A stretch of DNA of 64,000 nucleotides, from contig CM069138.1 in NCBI GenBank assembly GCA_035221665.1, positions 71,486,001-71,550,000 of the forward strand, given 5' to 3'. Position numbers and translations under genes: made by a program. Of the stretch, positions 1 through 10,905 are shown one piece after another. The notes under the pieces were generated by a model. The model was given only the letters and a program-made list of their open reading frames with translations, ran no database searches and was not told the origin of the DNA. Numbering within the stretch: position 1 is the stretch's first letter; every line of letters starts with the position of its first letter. This stretch comes from Okamejei kenojei (taxonomy: Eukaryota).

Positions 1-681
1 TCTTGTCTGGGTAGAAGCATCCAGGGGGACATTTGTCTTTCCCTCACTCTGAATGGTGGGCCCAGAGCAGCATGCTGGCAGAGGTACTCTGCGAACAGGA
101 AGGGAGAAAACCCTGGAGTGAGGCACCTCCGAGCACTTGCCCCCTGCCCTACCCTTGGTAATTAAAAAAAAAAAAAATTCTGTTTAGCTGAGGCAGTGCT
201 ACCACTGTTTCCCATAATCAAGTGGATGATCAATGTTGCATGGTATGTTGCAATTATTGCAATGTATAAGGTACACAGACTACACCGAACATTCAGGTGA
301 TATAGCTAGTGTGTTCAAGGTGATAATGATCCGAAAATAGTGTTGGCTTATTCCCCTGTTTATTTTGCAACTCGTGCTATAGACATGATGTGGCCTTACA
401 GTAAATGCCCGATTGTTAATAAGTAGTGATAAGATCTTTTTGTGTGGAAATTGAGTACGTTTTTGTCGTTGCTGTAATTCTCCATGCATTTGGCCCAAGC
501 TGCAATTTTCAAAGACGCCCGTATGTCTTAATTCCATTTTTTGAGTTTCTGCAGTCTGTACAGATGTACTTTGGCGTGTTTACCAACCTACACCCCCAGC
601 ACCAACGTCTACAACCCCACCTACATCCCCAACACTAACACCTACAAGTACAACCATGATCTTTTCTCCCCATCACCTACA

Positions 682-990
682 GGGCTGCACAGTGGCACAG
701 CTGGTAGAGCTGTTGCCTCAAAGCACCAGAGACCAGAGTTTGATCCTGATCTTGGGTGCTGTCCATGTGGAGTTTGTACATTTCTTCCTGTGGATTTTCC
801 TCGGGGTGCTCTGGTTTCCTCCCACATTCCAAAGACGTGCGTGTTTGGAGGTTAATTGAGCTCTGTAAAATTGGCTTCACTGTAGGGACGAGAAATTGGG
901 ATAACATAGAATTAGTCTGAACAGGTGGTCGATAGTTGGCATGGACTCAGCAGGCCTAAGGGTCTGTTCCGTGATGTATCTTTCAATCAA
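682..990 (+). mobile_element. tRNA-derived V-SINE (HE1-like)
   Basis: tRNA-like head with A box (tggcacagctggtagag) and degenerate B box (gagtttgatcc). V-domain-like core ggggtgctctggtttcctcccacattccaaagacgtgc. LINE-like 3' tail. Homologous to 8 other copies in the window. Confidence 0.85.
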
Positions 991-1912
991 AAAAAAAACC
1001 TGCTGGCCAGCAGAGGATCCTTCTCCAGTATCAATTTCAGAACTGTTGGAGATAAGTATATTTTGACCTAATGGTCAACATTACATTATAGTCAAAACCA
1101 TTGTTATCTCTCTCCTCCATGAAACCCATTGGTCCCAATGTTGTGTGATAACCACTTAGCAGAATGCGAGGGAGTTTGGGTATCTGCGTAGATGTGTTTG
1201 TTTGGGTGCAGGATAATGGGGCCAGAGGATGTGGATATTTACATGATATTAGTTGACAAGGAGTAAATTTGCTTTCTTTTAATTTTCAGGAGTTTCAGGA
1301 GAAAGTAATTTCCATGAGCTTTAAAATTATTCATGGTGAAGAGGTTTTGCTGTCATTGCCCGACAATTTAAGGCTGTACCTAATTATTGTTTTGGTGGAA
1401 AAGTCCATCAATAATTGATGCAGCAATTGAGTATTTGAACATATGAAAATGGCCCGTCTCTAAACTAGAACCTGTCATGCCTTGTTCTTTTTTTTTACAG
1501 CCAGATAGACATTGTTCAGTTTAAATTAGTCCAGTTGCCTTGTTAAATATCGCAGAATTAATAAACACATTGAGGTTACTAATGTTTTCATTGAAGTAAT
1601 GTCAATTGCCGAATGCAGATCAGAACTTGGGCAGTAGTTCCTGACCCATTGGCAACCATTTTGAAATTTGAAGTCAGAAATTGAATGTCCAGTTGGGTAA
1701 TTAATCATATCCTTTATTTCAATTGAAACTATGAATTCTTAGTTATTTTCCACCACCCTGTCATTTTCCCACTTGAACCCTGATTTATTTTTGGGATTGT
1801 TGTAAAGGAATTGTGAGTATTAGTGCAATTTTCCAGTATTAGTCTACATCTCTTCCAACCTCCAAAAAGGAAGAAGTGCACAATTGTACAACTAAGAGAG
1901 CTATTCTGTTTG

Positions 1913-2126
1913 TGTGTAGGAAGGAACTACAGTTACTGGTTTACACCAAAGATAAACAAAATGCTGGAGTAATCAACGAGTCGGGCTGCATCTCCGGAGA
2001 AAAAAAAATGGTGACATTTTGGGTGTGATGAAGGGTCTCGACCCAAAACCTCTCCTTTCCTATTCCTTTTCTCTGGAGATGCTGCCTGATCTCCTGAGTT
2101 ACTCCAGCATTTTGTGCCTATCTTCG
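1913..2126. mobile_element. PLE-derived fold-back element with degenerate hammerhead motif
   Basis: Inverted arms (aaaatgctggagtaatc...gcatctccggaga / tctggagatgctgcc...ttactccagcatttt) around tgatgaagggtctcgacccaaaac. Confidence 0.75.
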
Positions 2127-2749
2127 TTATTCTAAGTTCTCTCTGCATTATTGTTAAAATGGTTGTAAATACATGCACATCGGCAGGATGAGCGGCATCT
2201 GCGTCACTTTCAATTGCTTTTCCTTGGTGCATCTAGAGAAATTCTTCCTTTAATTGGCTGTTAAACACCTCACAGAGAAAGGCTTATGGTGAAAAACTAG
2301 TGAAAAACCATTGAGTTTAATAAATGGGTTGTTTTTCTGTGCTCCTAATCACTATTTGCCTAATTTGTAACTAATGGTTACCAATCTTGAACTTTGTCTC
2401 TCATCCCCTTTCTTGCATCCCGTCAACCTCCATTTCTTATTTGCAGAAAACAACTGCGCCTGAAAGTAAAAATTACCACAAGTTTACAAAACAGAAATGA
2501 TTGAGTGAACAAAAGCAATGACAGTCTGTTGAATCAGGTACCGGACAACCTAAAAGCTAACAATCAAAACTCCCACTGGCTGCAGTTCAAACCTATTTGG
2601 AATTGGAATGATGCATGGATCCAGTGCAGGCAATGTGTTCTCTAGACAAGCAAATACATTATTTGAATGTTAGTAGATAAAAAAGAACATTGATCTGTGG
2701 GGAGAGACACCTATAGTCAGAGACAGGAGGACCCTGTGAGGATCAGATG

Positions 2750-2976
2750 ATGTGTAGAAAGGAACTGCAGATGCTAGTTTACACAAAGATAGACAAAAAG
2801 TGCTGCAGTTACTCAACGGGTCATGCAGCATCTCTAGAGAAAAGGAATGGTTGATGTTTCACGTCAAGACCCTTCTTCAGATTGAAGATGGGCATTGAGC
2901 CGAAAGGTCACCTATTCCTTTTCTCCGTAGAAACTGCCTGACCCTCTGAGTCACTCCAGCATTTTGTGTCTATCTA
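2750..2976. mobile_element. PLE-derived fold-back element, hammerhead-like motif on both strands
   Basis: Left arm ends tttcacgtcaagacccttcttcag (antisense motif). Right arm starts ttgaagatgggcattgagccgaaaggtcacc. The arms are mutually complementary. Confidence 0.8.
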
Positions 2977-3129
2977 TGGGGAAGAGATGAGACTGGGGAA
3001 GAGAGAGCTGATGACTTGTTTGTGATCAGGCATGAGATCTCCCAACATAACCTAAAATTTGTTCTAACCAAAACAAAATTTACAAAACATTATGGCCTGT
3101 TCTGGGAGGGAGATACAGACAGTAGAGGC

Positions 3130-3330
3130 CTTAAGAACAGAGAAGGCAGAACAGTACATCAACATGGGAGCAGTCCCTTCAGCTCACATTATGCCAATCA
3201 TAATTCTCATCTAATTAATCCATCTGTCAGCATATGTTCCATATCCCTTTGTTAATGTGTCTGTCAAAATGTTTCTTAAATGTTGTTACTGTATCTGCTT
3301 CTGCGATCGTCTGCACCATCTCCACAAGTC
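3130..3330 (-). mobile_element. degenerate CR1/L2-type LINE 3' end
   Basis: Resembles the better-preserved minus-strand tail at 19125-19345 (gtcccttcagctca...ccatatccc...gtttcttaaatgt). Confidence 0.5.
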
Positions 3331-4618
3331 TCCAAGTCCCTCTTATGATGTGACCAGACCTGCATACAATAAACGGGCTTCTTTGACATAATCTTAAACT
3401 GATGTTATGACTCTGACCATATTGGATTGTGACTTTTTAATTTCAGCAAGTCTTCCGTGCTCCTAAATCTGTACCATTAAAATTATGCTACCAAAGAATA
3501 TAGTCAGTTGAAGTAAAGAACTGAACTTTTCAAATTTCAACATTTTCCATGCAGTGTCCTTGAAATAGAACTGGTGTTAAACTTTCAGCTCGAGTCTACA
3601 TGAGATTTACTTTCATGTATTGGTTTACTATTAACTTTCCAGAGAATTTTTCCAACTGATCACTTTCTTCTGATGGTTTATTTTAAACTCGGAGAATTTT
3701 TAAATATAAGTTAGTTGAACAAAAGACATCTTCACGTGTGTCTCTTTAACTCTGAGAGAATTATGAATAAGAAATGTACAAATAAAACACAAAATGATTG
3801 CACGTGAATTGGATTGACTGCTGTCCACCTTGCTGGTTTGTGTTGTCTACGTTGTGCCATCTATATTGGCAACTAACTTACCAAAATACTGAAGCACTTT
3901 CCTGAATGAATCCCTTTCATGACAGAATATAACCAATTCCATGTTGCATTCTTATGACAAAAATGTTCTTAGTAATTGCACGCTAGTATGTTTTTGTAAC
4001 ACTTAGCATTTTATCAAGAAGCTCTGTTTTTCTTAGAATGATGCCTGCCAATATTTTTTTTAATTAATTCCATAAAATTTATGGAGATTATACTTTGTTT
4101 CAGAAAATTTGGGAATTTTATACTTTAACATTTTTTTCAGTCATTTGGCTTGCAGTATAAACCTAATCAGAACTTTATATTCTTTTACGCATTGGATAAA
4201 CCTTTTGATATTTAAATTAAAACTAACATTCCAGTGATAACGAGAACAAGTGAGTAGTAAAGTGCATCCTTTTGATCTGTTCCAAGCATGTATTGTAAAA
4301 CAGTTTATTTTAGATAAGTGCATAGGAAAAATGAGATTTTATTTATATATTTGATAAGTGCGTTAATTGCATCGAGGCTATGAATGCTATCAGTGTGCTT
4401 TTCCTATCAGCATTTGAAAGCAATTCCACAAATTTAGTGATAATATTTTGAACTATATTTTTGCGCAACATTCATGTTTTGCCATTAGGTGCACAAGACC
4501 AGTCACTTTTGATAAGGCTAACGACTTGGAGTCTGCTGTCTGTGTTTTTGTTCGACAAATTAAAAAAGGAACAGTGACATGCCACACATATATAAGTGCA
4601 TTTTCAATTATGGCTCTA

Positions 4619-4772
4619 GAAACATAGAAACATAAAAACATAGAAAATAGGTGCAGGGGTAGGCCACCAGCCCTTCGAGCCAGCACCGCCATTCAATATG
4701 ATCATGGCTGATCATCCAAAATCAGTACCCTGTTCCTATTTTTTTCCCATATCTCTTGATTCCGTTAGCCAG
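4619..4772 (-). mobile_element. CR1-clade (HER1-like) LINE 3' end with TSD
   Basis: (agaaacat)n tail. Homologous to 41230-41370. 8-bp TSD tggctcta at 4611-4618 and 4773-4780. Confidence 0.8.
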
Positions 4773-5804
4773 TGGCTCTATGTGGATAATGTATGCACGT
4801 TTGTCAAGTCAAGATATTTCTCCTGCACTGGTACTTTTATACGATATTTAGACATTTAGGTAACTGATGCTTGTCGATGTTTTCAAAACTGAAGGGAGGC
4901 TTAGTCATATTTATATTATTTTAATTCTGAGTACTACATTAAATAAGTGATAGTACATCTGAAAAGTAACATTTAATTTTATTGCTATTCAATACTTCAC
5001 TAGAATTTTATGTTTTGTAAATGTCTTTAATCACTACACTATTGGTTAAATGTGTTCTCTTTTCAATTCATTCCCAACTAAATCCAAAAGCATTTGGTTA
5101 TTCTATCCACTGTAATCACGTGTATGGATGAATGCCAGGCTTTTATTTTCCATAAGATACAATTTTCTTCAGATGTCTGTATCATTTGAGACTTCAGTAG
5201 CATGTTTAATATTTTGCCTTTAAAATGGGAGCTGCATTAATCAACATTAATGAAGCTATTAATCAGGAGTGGTGAATGAATTTTGTTGATGGCATTAGGC
5301 AGAGGAGCAAAATCATTAAAATAAATGATGAACAACTGGGAAAATAGACCAGTGGGCTTGTTGAGGTTGGCTAACTTCTAGATGGAGCCCATCTTTGTCA
5401 GCAGTGGAGAGATACGGCTAGACAGTCAAAAGTTTGGCTGGGGCTGCAACAGATGATCGAATGTTTAAAATTGATCCCTCTGCAGACTCCAGGAACAAAA
5501 CAATGCAGTAGCTGCAACTCAATGATGAACAGCAATAGAAAAGGCCATATTCAAAATCATAAACAAAGTTTAATACCCTAGAAAACTATTGTTATTGAAC
5601 ACTTGATTTAACCATGTTCCAGTTCAATGCCCCGTGTCTTTTAGTGCGGGCAGAAGTATAAAAAAGGAGTAGACTTTACAAAGTAACTACAGTGAAGGGG
5701 TGAAGCTAATTTACCTGTTTTGCATCTTTAGTCATAGATGGTAATACAGTACAAGATCAGGTAGGGAGTAAACTTTGTACTACAAGCAATGAAAAAGGAT
5801 ATGG

Positions 5805-6055
5805 AGAGGAATTTCTATAGTCGGAGGGTAATGAATCTGTGGAATTTGTTGCTATAGACGGCTGTGAGGCCACTGATGGATATTTTTAAGGTAGAGATTA
5901 ACAGATGCTTGATTTGTAAAAGGGTCAGGCTTATGGGGATAAGGCAAGAGAATGGAGTTGAGAGGGAAATATCGATTAACCATGATTGAATGGTGGAGTG
6001 GATTTAATGGGCCGAACGGCCTAATTCTGCTGCTATAACTTATGAACCTATGAAC
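5805..6055 (+). mobile_element. CR1-clade LINE 3' end
   Basis: gagggtaatgaatctgtggaatt...ggccgaacggcctaattctgct...(tatgaac)n tail. Reverse homologue of 51965-52290. Confidence 0.8.
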
Positions 6056-7412
6056 TACTGCCAAAAACAAATTTAACCCACAGGAATTCTTACTCATTTA
6101 ATTTGTAATGGGAAAACAGTGAGGAATAACAAATATTTTTCACATTCCATTTTGCTCTGGCATCAACATTGATTTTATTTTAGAGGGTTATTTCTGAGTC
6201 AGATTCATGACTCGCCAATCCTTGGTGCCTTTGATAAATCTCTGCTGCATTCCCCAACCTGTTAATGCTTCCTGGAGAGGTTCCCTGCAAATTAAAAGCA
6301 AAATCATGAATTCTGTCTTCTGGTAAACTAATTCCTGAAGGATCGGTGTGTTTGAGTCGCCCTCATGAGATGAGCTATATTCTCAAATGAAAAAGTCATA
6401 AAGATAATGTTTACACACAAAACAACCTCATCGAGAAATATAAAATCAAAACAAAGCTAACTTCCCACAGAAGAAAACAAAGATAGTGCTTGGCATATCC
6501 AAGACCCTGAATAGTCATAGATGTAGTCTTTTACCAAACACAGAAAGTGCATTGATGATCCATTGGAAATGGGATGCAAGCAGCAAAAAACAAACAAAAG
6601 TTGGCAAGGAAAATTAATTACCTATAAAATCTGCATGTAAAAAAGATGACTATTTGACTGACTAAGCCCTTTCCTTCAATTTATAAACCACAAACGATCT
6701 ATTGTTTTAATCCCTGATTCCTACCTTGCTCCATATCCTTCAATAATCTTATTTCCAAACAAAACTGGCAAACATGAGTTAGTTAACTATTAAGTACCTT
6801 GTAAGACAATTTAACCTTGACTTTATTTCTAATTAAAGAATAGTTAAGGATATCGTTTCCGAGGGATCAGGTAATGCTGTGCCTATATGTTACGTACATT
6901 CAAAACTTGTATTAATCTTAAGCTGATTTTTTTTTTTTTTTTTAAAGTCCCCTCAAGATTCAAATGTGCTAAAATAGTAATATGTGCCAGTTTGTTCTAC
7001 TGCCTTTATTGTGTGAATCTCATGCATGCACCTTATGTACTTAGAAGGTACTGATTGTGAAGATTCCCCTATTAGCATGCCCAGGAGCCTGTGCATTCAG
7101 CTGAAACTAACCCAAACAGGCTGACATGTTGCCTTCACCTCTTAAACTGAAATCAGCTACTGTATCCTATGTCCCTAAAGGGAACAATGAAATTCTCACT
7201 TGATAGCTGTACATACACCAGACTCCTACTCACAGATGCCAATCCTTGAGAAACTGGTGGAAGAGATTGGAGGTCCTGCAGATGAGATGGTCCTAGAAGC
7301 CACTGAGGACTGAAATGAAGCTACAGTGGGATAATATGTCAGAGAGATCCCAACTTGCAGAGATGCCCTGGGGATGAGGGGGAAAATTGGATGTGTGAAC
7401 GATTAAGTAAGA

Positions 7413-7521
7413 ACAGTCTCCGTCTGAAGACTTAGTCTGAAGAAAGGTCTCGACCCGAAACGTCATCCACTCCTTCTATCCAGAGATGCGGCCAGAGTTA
7501 CTCCAGCATTTTGTGTCTATC
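7413..7521 (+). mobile_element. PLE-derived short element with the best-preserved hammerhead core; TSD-flanked
   Basis: CTGAAGA at 7437-7443, stem II ggtctcgacc, GAAACGTC at 7457-7464. 10-bp TSD ttaagtaaga at 7403-7412 and 7522-7531. Confidence 0.8.
7437..7464 (+). ncRNA. minimal hammerhead ribozyme-like motif (PLE type)
   Basis: All core nucleotides present: CUGAnGA, stem-loop II, GAAA, palindromic ACGU helix III, GUC cleavage triplet. Helix I pairing is very weak, so activity is uncertain. Confidence 0.6.
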
Positions 7522-8014
7522 TTAAGTAAGAGCATACCGTGATCCTCAATAGTATTCAAAGTGCCACTAGCTTTTGAAAATAACCTTGTGCTTGGTTAAG
7601 TACAATGAAATTAGCAACAGATTTCCTCCATTAAATGTGAATTTCACTCTAAATGAACACCTGGCCACTATTTTTGGTACATTGACATACATCTCTCACC
7701 TTAACCACACCTACCGTTAGTCAATTTTGCTAGGTATATCATAGTAACACATTGTAGCACAGTCACTAATACTTTCCCTTCTCTCTTGCAGGGCAAGGTT
7801 GCTTGCGAGCACAGGTTGCAACAGCATGTATGGGGTTGGGAACCTTATCATGGTCGTAGGCCCTTTTATTTGGCAAAGAGTGTAGTGGCCATGGGCTCAG
7901 TTGTCACTGAATAATATTGAGGATCACAGTATGCTCTTATTTAATCCCCCTCATACTCTACACTCCCCTCATCCCACAATTCATTTTGGGTTTTTGATAT
8001 CTACTTGATTCAAG

Positions 8015-8335
8015 TATGCATAGAAAATAGGCGCAGGAGTAGGTCATTCGGCCATGGCTGATCATTCAAAATCAGTAACCCATTCCTGCTTTTTCCCCAT
8101 ATCCCTTGATTCCGTAAGTCCTACAGGCTAAATCTACCTGTAACTCTCTCTTGAAAATATCCAGTGAATTGGCCTCCATTGCTTTCTGTGGCAGAGAATT
8201 CCACAGATTCACATTCTGGGTGACATTTTGTTTCCTCATCTCAGTCGTAAATGGCCTACCCCCCCTTTCTTAAACGGTAATCCCTGGTTCTGGTTTTCCC
8301 CAACATTGGTACCATTTTTCCTGCCTCTAGCACTC
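8015..8335 (-). mobile_element. CR1-clade LINE 3' fragment
   Basis: Colinear homology with 41240-41580 (ggcagagaattccacaga...ccctggttctgg). Confidence 0.8.
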
Positions 8336-9702
8336 CTGCCTGCCTCTTCCACCATCTATTTTTACCCTTCTTCTCACTTTGAATACTCAAGATGTAGGAG
8401 CTGTCCAACCCTGGCAGCAGAGCTGAGGAATTCGGAGGAGGAAGTGAGTCCCGCATTCAGTGCATCCACAATTTGCATCCACCATCTCGGATCGTGACAC
8501 TGACTGAATATAGAGGACAGGTTGAGGCAGAGGCTGCATGTGGTAAATCGCCTGAAATGAATATATCACCATGCATGAGTGGATGGCAGACAAAGCAGAA
8601 GAGAAGGTAGCTTGTATGGTGGTTCCCACAGCGACAAGGTCACATTCCAGTTCTGATCTTTAAGAATCAGATGAGTCCCACTTTGGGGCAACCTACAGAT
8701 GCAGATTGATGAGCCTTCAAATAGAGATGCTTGGGGCACTGAACCATCTACCTGAAAGCCTTGGAGAATGCCAAAGAGCACCAGTGGAATGCAACCTGGC
8801 TCTCTCCTCTCAGGGTAATGGCACACATGCTTCCAAAGCGGCAAGTCCTACAGTCGATTTGCCCAGACTGTTGCCGCTCATAATGAGATAGTGCAGTCAG
8901 AATCGGGGTCCTGGAAGCCCAGAGCTGTGCTCACTCACTGTTATTTGCTCATTTGATTGGTTTGCAAGGATGAACACGTGCTTTTTGACAGCGCATCTTT
9001 GTGTGTGATCAAAACACACCATTTGCTCACAACAAAACCATTTAGCAATTTTTGCTGTGCTGCAATTGCATAACACAAAAAAATCGTCCTTTACTTGATT
9101 GAATTTCTCAGCTCTGCTGTTTTGCTACCAAACTGCAGACAACATTCTCTTCCGCATAATGAATTATTCCATGTTTTGCAGCGATCTTTCTGACCTTCCA
9201 TATTACCAATTTTGGTCAACTTAATAGTGATAAGCTGCAGATTATGGCCACTTTTCTGCGGTGGACTTGCAAAAGATCAGAACAGAAATTAGGTTTCCTA
9301 AATTCACTTTGCCTCAAAGCCTGCAAAGGCGAGAGAGATTCCTCTGCTCAGAGTTAGCTTGATGAAAAGTTCCTCCAAAAGAAGAAAATAAACATTTCAG
9401 ACCCCACTCCCTTTTTTTATAGGGAGTTTAATGTTTTTGTTCAACCTCTTCTCTCTTTGTTAAACATTTTATTTTCCTCACACAACGACAGGGGTTTAAT
9501 TAATAATCCTGTTATTATAAATGTATACCAGCGTATGCCTCAACACAGTACGGATAGCTATAAAAGTGGTGGATACTCAAATGACCTCCTTGATACAGTA
9601 GCAGGCCTGCCAGATACGCTGTATGTGTTCTCAAGGTGGAAGGGAAACGTACAGCTTTTGCCATGCTCAGAGATTTGCATGGAATCCAGGACCCATCCTT
9701 TC

Positions 9703-9980
9703 AAGGGAGGCACAGTGGCACCTTGCATCGCCAGAGACTTGGGTTCGATCCTGACTATGGGTGTTATCTGTTCAGAGTTTTACGATCTCCCTCGCGGGTT
9801 TTCTCCGGGTCCTCCGGTTTTCTCTCACATTCCAAAGGCGCACAGGTTTGTGAGTTAATTGGTTTCTGTAAATTGTCGTCAGTGTGTCGGATAGAACTAG
9901 TGTACAGGTGATCGATGCTTGGCGTGGACTCTGTATGCCAAAGGGCCTGCTTCCATGCTGTATCTCTAAACTAAACTAAA
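9703..9980 (+). mobile_element. V-SINE (HE1-like)
   Basis: B box gggttcgatcc, V-domain-like core, (ctaaa)n tail. Confidence 0.85.
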
Positions 9981-10689
9981 AGTGAAGAGGTGGTGGTCAC
10001 AGCTGTACCATGCTTATTTATCATGAAGTGACCTGTGGTCAATGTCTCAGCTCCCAGAGCAGGAGAAGCAGAATCTACCTGCAGTGTAAGTCTTCCCCCA
10101 TAACCAGGGCACAGGGCTCAATGTGATCTTGGGATGAGAGGATGGGGGTGGCGAGACGCAACAGTTCAGCAATCTAACCTCCAGAGATGGAAGAAAGGCT
10201 ACTTTGGGGAAAGATAATGTCTTTGTGGATCATGAATTAACTGTTCTCCAGTCGGGTGATGAAGTTTGTGATCCTAGAACTTCTCCAGTGCCTTTTGTTG
10301 CAGCCAATTAACCAGACAGTCCAAATAGCTGCCGTCATGACATAAGGGCTGCCTACCTACAGGGCAGCTTGTGGTCTTCCTCCAAATCCACCTGCCCACT
10401 CTTTCTTTGTTAGCTATGTGGCTTCCAGCTGTCACCTGCATTTATCGGAGAGATTCTGCAATGAATTACCAGGCATTTCTTTCCAACCCAACTTTCTCAT
10501 ATGATGACATTTAAGGCAATTAGTTGATAATTGTATCAGTTTTGTTGAAGTTGGACTTTTTAGAGATGATTTGGAACATATATTTAGAATGGTTTTCTTT
10601 CAACGATATCAAGCACTTGCTAAGATGATCGGTAATAGATAATGGTAAAATAGAAAGAATTGAACTATTTTATTGAAATTGCACCTTGT

Positions 10690-10905
10690 TTAACAAACAC
10701 TTTGTACTTTGTTTGAGATACCATCCCAACTTCTGCTTCATTACTCTGTGCAACTCTGACAAGTCCTCCAACGATTGAACAATATTTCCCTGCCACAAAC
10801 CCTCCTTTGGGTCTGTCAGCAAGTGTGAAGAAGGGTCCCAACTCGAAAAACATCACCCATCCTTTTTCACCAGAGATGCTGCCTGACCCGCTCAGCTACT
10901 CCATC
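10690..10905 (+). mobile_element. PLE-derived 3' element with degenerate hammerhead motif
   Basis: gtgtgaagaagggtcccaactcgaaaaacatcaccc followed by ccagagatgctgcctgacccgctcagctactcc. Left boundary uncertain. Confidence 0.65.

Noticed and set aside
682-760. tRNA gene
   Set aside because: Only the tRNA-derived SINE head is present, with no complete cloverleaf, and it continues into the SINE body.
541-907. Recurring ORFs with motifs such as GAVCVEF / FPPTFQR / ECGRKP, here and at other SINE loci
   Set aside because: These are translations of SINE sequence, not a gene family.
2447-2537. Possible coding exon (pyrimidine tract-ttgcAG ... cag|GTacc)
   Set aside because: Stop codons in all three frames and a weak donor. 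A non-coding exon cannot be excluded but is unsupported.
9457-10090. 133-aa ORF / possible Myb-SANT remnant
   Set aside because: The 3' part is SINE-derived, and the resemblance of the rest is too weak to call.
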